Notes under the pieces: model-generated
Databases searched by the model: none
What the model saw: only the letters and a program-made list of their open reading frames with translations
What the model was told of the DNA's origin: nothing
Translations under genes and position numbers: made by a program
Assembly: GCF_039654945.1 (NCBI RefSeq)
Contig: NW_027361717.1
Coordinates: 28,458,001 to 28,522,000, forward strand
Direction of reading: 5' to 3'
Length of the DNA: 64,000 nucleotides
DNA from: Dendrobates tinctorius
Taxonomy: Eukaryota
In this document: in pieces, positions 13,504-24,400 of the stretch
How the letters are laid out: each line of letters opens with the position of its first letter
Position numbering within the stretch: position 1 is the first letter of the stretch

Positions 13504-14891
13504 ATGGATCTGCGCTGGAAGAGTTTTCACTTCAACTTGGATTTGGACATCGCGATGGCTCAGGCGTATGCAGTTGCTTGCCATGAACAAAGGAAGAGAG
13601 AGAGGCAGCGAAGACGGCGGCGTATGTGGATACATCCGATTGTTGAACTCCGGGAGAGCCGTGGGGCATACCACACCCTCTACAGCGAGCTACAGGCAAA
13701 CCCGGAGAAATTTACAGATTATATCAGGATGTCCCACGAAAGTTTCATGGATTTGCTTGCTCGTGTCCAACAATCCATCCGGAGACAGGACACACAGCTC
13801 CGTCGTGCGATTCCTCCTGAGGAACGGCTACTGGTGACATTACGGTATGTTTTAAAAACCAAGGGGTGCGGTCTGATGGTTTTTTTTTAAATTTAGTATT
13901 CAAAACCGTGGGTAATTAGTTTTCGTGAATGTACTAATATTTTATTTTATAGTTTTTTAAAATAATATACATAAATATTAATTTTACTTCTTTGTCTGTT
14001 CACAGATTCCTGGCGACTGGAGAAACCCTATCTTCACTACACTTCCAGTACCGTATTGGAATCTCTACCTTGTCTGGAATTGTTGCTGACACCTGCCGGG
14101 CTCTCTGGAATGTTCTTTGCCCAGAATTTATGCCCCTGCCCACCGCTGAAAAGTGGATGGAAATTGCTGACAAATTCTGGACAATATGCAATTTTCCCAA
14201 CTGTTTGGGAGCTGTTGATGGTAAACACATACGGATCATCAAACCCCAAAGAACGGGATCTGAGTACTATAATTACAAAAAGTACTTTTCAATAGTACTC
14301 ATTGCGATTGCGGATGCCGGATGTATGTTTGTAGCAGTGGACATTGGAGCATTTGGCCGTGGTAATGACTCACAGGCTTTTAAAAACTCAGACATGGGCC
14401 GGAGGTTGTATGGCAACCAATTTAATTTCCCTATGCCACGGCCTCTTCCTCACACCGAAGCTCCGCCACTGCCCTTTGTAATGGTTGGCGATGAGGCTTT
14501 TCAAATGTGCGGAAACTTACTGAAACCCTACTCCAGCCGGGACTTGGACCACACCAAAAAAATATTTAATTACAGGCTGACCAGGGCCAGAAGAACTGTC
14601 GAGTGTGCTTTTGGGATTCTTGTCTCCAGATGGCGAATTCTGGGCACGGCCATTAATCTTAAACTTGAAACAGTCGATGAGGTGGTGAAGGCCTGTGTGG
14701 TTCTACATAACTTTGTGATGGCTAAAGAGCACCCGACCTTTGAACTGGACGATGATGCTCCTAACCCATTGCCTGAATTCACTCAGCACACTCTCAGGTC
14801 ATCCGTTGAAGTTGGCCAAATGAGGGACCAATTTGCGGCCTACTTTATTTCTGATGTAGGACGGGTGCACTGGCAAGATGAAATGGTGTAA
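13504..14891 (+). CDS. Harbinger DDE transposase (HARBI1-like), 2 exons: 13504-13844 + 14006-14891, 408 aa
   Basis: A GT-AG intron joins ..LLVTLR/FLATG.. in frame. Catalytic motifs GAVDGKHI, MVGDEAF and RRTVECAFGIL. No internal stops. TATA-like ATATATAG at ~13450, AATAAA at ~14912 and 14971. Confidence 0.95.
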
Positions 14892-15271
14892 TGTTTTTGT
14901 TTGTTTATGGTAATAAAAAACCTTATTTGATACCATTACTGAGTGCACTATATTTTTGAAACTCCAATTTAATAAAAAACTTCCCATGTATAACTGAATT
15001 TTTTGATGTTCACACACCTGGGCAGGTAAATACACATATGAGTTAAAATGCAGCATTGCTAGTCTGCGTGAAATATATTGGAACGAGCAAAGCTGCAGGC
15101 CATGAATCAGGAAACCATTTTTTTTCAAGAGAAAATTGTGCAACTAGTTGAAAACAAAGTATGTGATTTTCTCAAAACACAACCCTCAAAACCCAACCCC
15201 AATGAAAGTTCATGGGGAATACAAGTCAGCATTGAGTGGATGAATGTAATCTGCTCCATTCCAACTTACAA

Positions 15272-16395
15272 GTTATTACACTAGGCCTTTGAATGACTAT
15301 ACTAGGCCGTGGTATTTCAAATGAGTATAGTAGGCCTTGGGCCTACTAGTATAGTCATATGTGAAATACCACGGCCTAGTATAGTCATACCAAGGCCTAC
15401 TGTAATAACTCGATTTTTAACAACTAGCATCTTTTTTCACAAAAAACAAACTGGTGAAACTAGAAAGAAACTTATTTTTAAGACAAGTTTCAACAGTTTG
15501 TTTTTCATGAAACCAGATTCTAGTTGGTAAAACTAGAGTTATTACACTAGGCCTTGGAATGACTATACTAGGCCGTGGTATTTCAAATATGAGTATAGTA
15601 GGCCTTGGGCCTACTAGTATAGTCATATGTGAAATACCACGGCCTAGTATAATCATACCAAGGCCTACTGTAATAACTCGATTTTTAACAACTAGCATCT
15701 TGTTTCACAAAAAACAAACTGGTGAAACTAGAAAGAAACTTATAAGTTTCAACAGTTTGTTTTTCATGAAACCAGATTCTAGTTGGTAAAACTAGAGTTA
15801 TTACACTAGGCCTTGGAATGACTATACTAGGCCGTGGTATTTCAAATATGAGTATAGTAGGCCTTGGGCCTACTAGTATAGTCATATGTGAAATACCACG
15901 GCCTAGTATAGTCATACCAAGGCCTACTGTAATAACTCGATTTTTAACAACTAGCATCTTGTTTCACAAAAAACAAACTGGTGAAACTAGAAAGAAACTT
16001 ATAAGTTTCAACAGTTTGTTTTTCATGAAACCAGATTCTAGTTGGTAAAACTAGAGTTATTACACTAGGCCTTGGAATGACTATACTAGGCCGTGGTATT
16101 TCAAATATGAGTATAGTAGGCCTTGGGCCTACTAGTATAGTCATATGTGAAATACCACGGCCTAGTATAGTCATACCAAGGCCTACTGTAATAACTCGAT
16201 TTTTAACAACTAGCATCTTGTTTCACAAAAAACAAACTGGTGAAACTAGAAAGAAACTTATTTTTAAGACAAGTTTCAACAGTTTGTTTTTCATGAAACC
16301 AGATCCAAGTTGGTAAAACTCGAGTTATTACACTAGGCCTTGGTATGACTATACTAGTCCGTGTTATTTCACATATGACTATACTAGGCCTTGGG
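15272..16395. repeat. ~259-268 bp tandem array of two alternating palindromes inside the Harbinger element
   Basis: Units start at 15272, 15538, 15797, 16056 and 16324 (partial). Each unit is a ~140-nt and a ~120-nt imperfect inverted repeat. Confidence 0.93.
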
Positions 16396-16517
16396 TTGGT
16401 TTTTAACATGTATTTACCCATCAGTGTGTGTGAGCGGCGCAAACAACATTAATGAAACTTAGTAATGGTGAACCACAAATGTAAATTTATTTTTTATCAC
16501 AAAAATAAACCAAAAAA

Positions 16518-19500
16518 TTATTTTTTCCGGCGTTTGGGGGCAGATGGTTTCAATTTGGGGGTGTGCAGGGAATATGCAACACTTGCTGTTGAAGACGGTG
16601 TTTGAGGGGAAGGGGCAACAAAACTTGTGGGGGAAGGTAGTCCAGTTAAGGGAATCAAACTAGGAACACTTGGAGGAGAGGAAATCTGTTCAGGTACATT
16701 AGTTGTAATGGCATGTCGCCGTAGGCTTGTGTGCCTGGACCGACTTTGGCCCAATGCCCGCCTTGATGGATTTCGCCTTGAAGTAGGGGCAAATATTGAG
16801 TGTAGGTCCCCCGTCTGCAGGTGTGGCTGCTGCTGCTGCTGAGGTGGCGGCTGCTGCTGCTGAGGTGGCGGCTACTGCTGCTGAGGTGGCGGCTACTGCT
16901 GAGGTGGCGGCTGCTGCTGAGGTGGCTGCTGCTGCTGAGGTGGTTGCAGCTGCTGCTGAGGTGGTTGCAGCTGCTGCTGAGGTGGTTGCAGCTGCTGCTG
17001 AGGTGGTTGCAGCTGCTGCTGAGGTGGCTGCAGCTGCTGCTGAGGTGGCTGCTGATGAGGTGGCTGGAGCTGCTGCTGAGGTGGCTGCTGCTGCTGCTCT
17101 TCGTTGTCAGTGCTCGTCCTTGCTGGAGGACTGGTGGCGGCAGTGATGGTCCAGGTTTGCAGAGTGGTGGTGGCAGGGCTACTACACGTTGTTGTAGCGG
17201 CAGGGCTGTTCCATGTTTGCCTAGTGGTGGCTGAGCTCCACGCATGCATGGGAGTGGCGGTGGTGCTCCAGACAGGAGCAGCGCTTGCCATGGTGGTGTC
17301 GGTGAAGTGACCAGCTGCACTCAGACTTGTGGTGGTGTAACGGTGGGTGTCCTGGCTTTGAATAGAGGTGTCCGTGCAGTGGTATGCAGCACAAGTCGGT
17401 AGTGAGGTGAAGCGAGTCAATGGTGGCACAGGTGGAAAGGACACCACTGACTGCTGACCGTACCGATTATGCTGCATAGCCTGCAAGAAAGCATTGTTGC
17501 AGGCCTGCAGCACATTCAGCTGTTGATCAGGACTAAGGTGTTCCGCCATGCCCTTTTCAATCTTACTAAAAAAATGGTGTGCTGGTCTGTTGAGGTCGGC
17601 CTCCAGACGGTCAAGGCGCTGTTCTACAGAATTGAAGCGGTGTTCAAAGTGGTTAAAACCACGTTCCATGAGTGCAAAACCGCTTTCAACTCTGTCGGAC
17701 AGTGACTTGAGGCTGGAATTAAATGTCTCGCTCAAATGCATAAACTCGGGCAAGACATTCCTGTCCAAGGCCCTCTGCCGCTGGCGGGTAGTGCACGCAT
17801 AACCAGTGGCAGAGACCTGGGACAGGGGAACACCTGATGGCCCAGCTTCCTGGTCACCAGCTGTGTGTGTGGTTGACCTGCAAGGTGCTTCCTGGCTGTC
17901 GGATGGCTGGGACGGGTCAGAGGACGTCCGAGGAAGGACCGCTCCAGGGCCAGGTTGCAGGGTGCTGCTCCAGGTGCTGTTGAAGAAAGGAAAATCATTA
18001 CTACCATGCCTTTACAAGAAGCATCAGCTGTGGATTAGAAAAACACAGATTAATAAAAATAAAAACCCAAAATTTATAATACTTACGATCTCGTGGCAAG
18101 GACTGGTCTTAGGAACTGCAACGCGTTATAGTGACGGTATCTAGTTCTGGTCCTTGACGCAGATCCACTGCGAACCTGGCCCTCAGCACGAACATCACTG
18201 TTGAAGCGGTCCTTGATCGAACGCCAACGTGTTCGGACTTTGTCCACTGTTGATAAAAAAAAAACAGTGCCGTCAAGGACAACAGTCACTGCGGCACAAT
18301 GTAGCAATACAATACTCAAAGCAGTCACTGTAGACCCCGATGACACTGTTGGGTTTCCTGCTAGAATACACCTAGCATGAAACCCAACAGTGCCGTCAAG
18401 GACAACAGTCACTGCGGCACAATGTAGCAATACAATACTCAAAGCAGTCACTGTAGACCCCGATGACACTGTTGGGTTTCCTGCTAGAATACACCTAGCA
18501 CGAAACCCAACAGTGCCGTCAAGGACAACAGTCACTGCGGCACAATGTAGCAATACAATACTCAAAGCAGTCACTGTAGACCCCGATGACACTGTTGGGT
18601 TTCCTGCTAGAATACACCTAGCACGAAACCCAACAGTGCCGTCAAGGACAACAGTCACTGCGGCACAATGTAGCAATACAATACTCAAAGCAGTCACTGT
18701 AGACCCCGATGACACTGTTGGGTTTCCTGCTAGAATACACCTAGCACGAAACCCAACAGTGCCGTCAAGGACAACAGTCACTGCGGCACAATGTAGCAAT
18801 ACAATACTCAAAGCAGTCACTGTAGACCACGATGACACTGTTGGGTTTCCTGCTAGAATACACCTAGCACGAAACCCAACAGTGCCGTCAAGGACAACAG
18901 TCACTGCGGCACAATGTAGCAATACAATACTCAAAGCAGTCACTGTAGACCCCGATGACACTGTTGGGTTTCCTGCTAGAATACACCTAGCACGAAACCC
19001 AACAGTGCCGTCAAGGACAACAGTCACTGCGGCACAATACAGAGCAGGGAAATACTCACTAAACGCCTTTTTGGAGGATGCTGTGGCGCTGTCCCAGCCA
19101 TCCATCAATGCTGCGGCCACCTCATTCCATAGCCGCCGGGTCACCACAATGTCCTTGTGCAGCCGGTCACGGCTGTCCCACAACGGCGAACGCTCCTGGA
19201 CCAGGCTGATGAGCTGCTCATTATCCAGGTACACGTCTTCATCTCGTTGTGGAACCTAGACAAAACACATTCATTAGAATAATCCAATTTAAATTGAATA
19301 AAAAGTTACAAAAAAAGAAACATAAAAAAGAGTAAAAATAGAAGATAAAAAATAAAGAACATTACAAATCATTTGATACTTACATTCCGTATCACCACCG
19401 GGACTTGGCTTCGCTGCTCCTGCTCTTCGCCCTCACTAGTCCCGTCCACAGAAGAGGATGATGACGATGTCTTAAAAAAGTTGAAAAAAACGTAAGAGAT

Positions 19501-19606
19501 TTGGAGAAGCAGCAGATATACTTACCAGATGCACAAAAATAATCACCTCACGGTCTGCTTGCGCCAATTCCTGCCGCGATGGGGAATACTCTGATTCTGA
19601 AGACAT
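16518..19606 (-). CDS. Harbinger accessory MADF (Myb/SANT-like) protein with BESS-like motif and Q/P repeat; multi-exon, with premature TAGs at 16893 and 16872
   Basis: Proposed exons: 19606-~19526/19547 (donor ambiguous), 19470-19384, 19255-19060, 18246-18087, 17976-16518, all GT-AG and in phase. MADF: LISLVQERSPLWDSRD..LWNEVA..VRTRWRSIKDRF..YNALQFL. BESS-like: FFSKIEKGMAEHLSPDQQLNVLQAC. TATAAA at ~19771-19776 and AATAAA at ~16486-16491 (minus strand). Confidence 0.85.
16824..17098 (-). repeat. Coding 18-21 bp CAG-rich minisatellite (QQQLQPP)n in the MADF gene
   Basis: GCTGCTGCTGAGGTGGTTGCA-type units on the plus strand. Confidence 0.9.
18263..19040 (-). repeat. 123-bp x ~6.3 tandem array of hairpins in the intron (18247-19059) that splits the MADF domain
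   Basis: Near-identical units. Each contains a 95-nt fold-back starting at 18321, 18444, 18567, 18690, 18813 or 18936. Confidence 0.95.
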
Positions 19607-21340
19607 ACTGCATGTAAAAATAATAAAAATCATTAGTACATACATAATTTAAAAGGACAGGCATATAATGTAATATACTCACATTCTTCGCTGATATAAT
19701 GGGTTCTTGGTTGACTGTCTGCTCTTCAATCTGTCAGTGTAGTAGTGGCAGAGTTTTGGCAGGCACCTCCTTTATATAGACTTTTTTTTTTTGACTTTAG
19801 AAGATTATAACTAGGACAACAAGTGGACACCACCAAAAAAACGCAGCGCTAAAAAAACGCATACCTGCGCATGCCAGTGCGCACGTATGCGCATCCATAG
19901 GCTATAATGGCCATTTTTAGCGCAAAACGTGCGCATACGTGCGCATGCGCTTTTTTCAAGGGCCAAAAAATGCAACATGCTGCGTCTGGAAAATACCAAC
20001 GCACACCCCAAAAAAACGCAGCGCATGAAAATCGCATACATGCGCTTACCAGCGCGCAGGTATGCGCACCCATGTTAAATATAGGGGAAAAAACGCATGC
20101 GCAGGTATGCGTTTTTTTCCAGCGCTAAAAAACGCAAATGTGAAACCAGCCTAAGAACATATGTGCCCCTATTTGTGTCTGTGACAAACCCTGCTTGATG
20201 ACATGAAGGCAGAAATGGGCCCCTGTCTGGCAGCACACGTTGCACCAATGATATGTACGCCCCCAATGGGTGGGAGAAGCTTTACAGGTTTTTGTTTTTT
20301 TAGCATATGGGAAAATCACTGGACTCTGATGGATTTTCTTGCCGGTCTTGATGAAGGGGCGTGTTGGAATCAGAAGTTACTGATTCACCAAGAGGCTCCT
20401 CTTAATGATTCCGGCGCATCTGACGATTGACTTGCGCCTGCATGAACCACACCACCCATTTCCGGCAAAGAGAACGGTACAGCTCATCATGAATTAGGAA
20501 ACCTGTGGTATCATGCACCTGAAGCAGAGAGGAACTGGCAAAAAAAACCCGCAAAAAGTTGGAAAAAGTTTGCGCTATTCCAAGTTGCGACTATCAATAG
20601 CAAATTATGCCAGAATGCTGGTGAAATTATTTTTACCAATCAGGGCCACTGACCAAACACTGATGAGACTCGTTTCGTGCATTTATGTAAGAGAAAAATC
20701 CCTGATGTCTGAGGACTTTTCCTGATTTTTACTCCATCTGGACCTCATTACTGATTGCATCATAATTGTAGAAATAAAGACAAATATTCATCCATGTGTA
20801 AATAGGATTTATTTCTCATGTAGACTTCATGTGAAGGTAAAACCACAATATTAGGCTGTCTGCTTTACTGATCCATGAAAATATGCGTCTCAGTAGTGAT
20901 CAATATGGAAGTCACAAAATCAGAGCAGCTCAGTATATAAAGCATGTACCTGGAATGTGTATAACTAATAAGCACGGCACTTCGTCTAATATAATGGTGG
21001 ACTTTGCGCTATTTTCTTGACCCCAAAAAGATTGATCTGGCAAACTTGGGGCTATAAAACAATTTCTAAAATCCATACATTAGATTATTTTAGAATGATA
21101 TGTTTTCCATGCACGGTGATATAGCCGAAAATCATACATTACTTGGGGTTCTTACTAAATCAGATATAAACAATATTAAAGCCCCAGCAAATACAAAGCC
21201 TTTTTAAAAGACCATTTACCAGTTCATCTCAGAAAATTACATGTTATTAAAAAGTCATAAAACAAGAATAATCATCTTGACTGTAATTACCAACAAAGTA
21301 AAAAAAAAAAAAAACTCCAATGAAGATGTCATGTTATTCC

Positions 21341-21471
21341 CTATATCGCCAGTGGGCAGCTGTGACTGTGGACATGAGGGTGTTTATACTGGGCTGAGTC
21401 AAAGTCAATCGCTTTTCCTTGTAGAGTTATCTTCAGACAACCTGAGAAACGCGCCCCAGGCTCAGCTTGTT
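21341..21471 (-). CDS. SHBG-like gene exon 8 (last coding exon)
   Basis: tttgcag| (E)QAEPGARFSGCLKITLQGKAIDFDSAQYKHPHVHSHSCPLAI*, similar to the GAS6/PROS1/SHBG C-terminus. Confidence 0.92.
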
Positions 21472-24400
21472 CTGCAAACACAAGAGAATATGATAATTAG
21501 GATGAAAATTTTCATCAATCTGGGGGTCTGGATGACCAAAAAGGTTTTCACAGTAGGCCTATAGGGGTATGTGCACACGCTGAGTTTTTCAAGAGGAAGA
21601 CGCTTCACGAAACGGTGGTATTTTTTTTTTTCCTGAAGCAACTTTTTTTGTGTTTTTTTGACGTTTTCTGACGTATTAATTTTACAATAAAGATGTCGCT
21701 AGCAGTTTGAGGCAAAGACACTATTACAATTTTAAGCCTTCCCATTATCTTCTATTAGGGCTCGTGCAGATGACCGTATTATTGGTCTGAGTATGATCTG
21801 ACAAAATTTTGGATCGCACTTGGGCCACTGTCATTCTATGGGGCCGTGCACATGTTGATTTTTTCCTCGGACAGTACTGGTCCGAGGAAAAAAAAAAAAT
21901 CGCTGCATGCATTCAATAGTCAGATTGCAAATATACTATACTCGGATTGCCAACAATTCGAAAGTAATGCCACCACTTTATTAGATCAGCAACCTCTTTC
22001 TTCAAGATCCTTAGGACTAAAAAATAAAGTAAAAAATAATTTAAAAAGTATTTTACAAAGTTTAAAAATATAAAAAAAAGTTGGTTGAAATCAATGCCTT
22101 TTCCAAAAAATAAAAATATAAAAAAAGCAAACAAACAACATACAGTATTTGATGCCGCAACATGTGTAAAAGTCTGTATTACTAAAATATAAAAATTAAC
22201 CAAAACCGCAAACCACGTAAAGAAAAAAGAACTTAGAATACTTTCACACAGCTCTATCTACACAAAAGAAAAATTGCTATAAGTTTCTGAACTCGGCGAC
22301 ACAAACCAATTGTTTGTTACAGAGCCATGAGGGTTTTTTTTCCCTAAAATAACTAAATATGTGATACAATTTTTTGTACATTTTTTTTTCCTCTTAATTG
22401 CAAGCAGATGAGTGAGGGTCCAAATGCTAAGCCCAGTGGCGTATCGCCAATGGCAGCAGGCCATGTGGCTGCTATAGGGCACGTGAGTCGGGTAAGACCG
22501 GTATAGCGCCAGCCCCATCTGCCATAGCACGTTCCACTGTATCGGCATCCTGGATGCAAATACAGTTGATAGCAATGATGGAGGAGGAAGCATCAGCTGA
22601 CACTTCCTCCTCCGTCATTCTTCCTCAGCACCTGACGTCACTGCACAGTGCCCACTGCATTGAGATGTCCAGTGCTTCAGAATGCACATTCCCATGCAAG
22701 AACGAACGCACACAGGGGAAAGAGGAGGATAGGTAAGTATTTGTTTTCAATTATAATCAGTGAGTACATTGTGGTGGCCATAATACTGTATGGAGGACTA
22801 TCAGGAGTGCATTATACTATATGTAGAACTAGGAGGAGTGCATCATACTATATGAACTATGGGAAGTGCATTATATTATAGGGAGGACTATGGGGAGTGC
22901 ATTTTACTATATGGAGGACTATTGGGAGCGCATTATATTATATGGAGAACTATGGGGATTGCATTATACTATATAAAGTACTATGGGGAGTGCTTTATAT
23001 TATACAGTATGGAGGGCCATGGGGATTGCATTAAACTGCATGGAGGATTATGGGGAGTGTATTATAATGTATGGAGGACTATGGAGTGCACTATACTATA
23101 TGGAGGACTATGGGGGCGCATTATACTATATTGAAGACTATGGGAGTGCATTATACTATATAGAGGACTATGGGGAGTGCATTATACTATATGGAGGACT
23201 ATGGGGTGTAATATACTATATGGAGGATTATGGGGTGCAGTATACTATATAGAGGACTATGTGGAGGCCACTATAATATTTTAAGGGCTATGTGGGGGCC
23301 ATTATAATATTTGAAGCGCTATGTGGGAGCCTTTATACTTTATGCAGGGCTATGTGGGGGCAATTAAGCTATATGCAAGCAATTATACAGTTTGAAGGCT
23401 TGTGTGGGGTCCATCATACTGTGTGGAGGCTCTTCTACTGTTTGGAGGCTACTGGGGGCCGTTATAGAGTGTGGTATGTTGTGGAGTAATTATACTATTT
23501 GCAGGTCCATTACACTGCATGGAGTGCTTTGTGGGGGTCATAGTTGGGGATCATACTCTGTTGGGTCACCATACTTTGTCAGGGGAGTTGAAGAGGGGTA
23601 TAGTAGGTTTGTCACAGGGTACTGTGGAGGAATTCGCTGTGAGGTATCATACAGTTTTAGTGTGGCACCTTTGTTGACATCATATGTTATAGGTGCAAGG
23701 AAAGGGAAATCTAGGGCTTCAGTCGGAGGAAAATTACTTTGTAACGGCTGCAAAGTTGTGAGATATGCTTTTCTGTGACCCATATGAATATTTTTTTTTT
23801 TGTTGGAGGGGGGCCCAATGATTTCTTTGAAATGTCCATGGCTGAGCCCTTAGTGATAGCTCAAAAAAGGAGATTTTTGTGTACTCACCGTAAAATCTCT
23901 TTCTCTTAGCCTTTTAATTGGGGGACACAGAACCGTGGGTGTTATGCTGCTGTCCACTAGGAGGCGACACTATGCATAATCTGAAAAAGATTAACTTTGG
24001 CTCCTCCTCTGCAGTATACACCCCTGGACGGCATCAGCCTTCTCCAGTTTTGTGCAAAAGCATTAGGAGGAATATACCAAAAACATAACCATGCCTGTAA
24101 AAAAAGGCTACTATAAACAGGCTCAAACAACAATATGAGAACCCAACCGTAACAACGGCCCGCAAGGGCAACAGGGTGGGAGCTGTGTCCCCCAATTAAA
24201 AGGCTAAGAGAAAGAGATTTTACGGTGAGTACACAAAAATCTCCTTTACTCTGTCGCCTTATTGGGGGACACAGAACCGTGGGACGTCCCAAAGCAGTCC
24301 CTGGGTGGGAAGCAGTGGACGAATATTGTGCTGACAGTCCCCTAGACTTGGGGTACTGCCGCCTGCAGGACCCGTCTACCCAGGCTCGCATCCGCTGAGG

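Larger units (their letters stand above)
13178..20151 (+). mobile_element. Full-length PIF/Harbinger DNA transposon (6974 bp)
   Basis: Perfect TAA TSD (13175-13177 and 20152-20154). TIRs GGCTAGTTTCACACTTGC vs GGCTGGTTTCACATTTGC. Subterminal AAAAACGCA/TGCGCATGCGC motifs. Convergent transposase and MADF genes. Confidence 0.96.

Noticed and set aside
13504-14891. Host HARBI1 gene
   Set aside because: It lies within TIRs with a TAA TSD and a partner MADF gene, so it is a transposon copy rather than the domesticated locus.
15309-16442. Series of near-identical 73-93 aa ORFs on both strands
   Set aside because: Artefacts of the palindromic 259-bp satellite.
16796-17234. Poly-Ala/Glu/Val and poly-Leu/Arg/Trp ORFs on the plus strand (antifreeze-like appearance)
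   Set aside because: Antisense frames of the Q/P minisatellite in the MADF gene.
15272-19059. CRISPR-like repeat-spacer arrays
   Set aside because: The spacers are identical rather than unique, there are no cas genes, and the context is a eukaryotic transposon.
18390-19259. 289-aa plus-strand repeat ORF
   Set aside because: Antisense reading of the 123-bp array; GTG start and no promoter or domain evidence.
22859-23300. MEDYGECIILYGGL repeat ORFs
   Set aside because: Translation of a 30-bp minisatellite.
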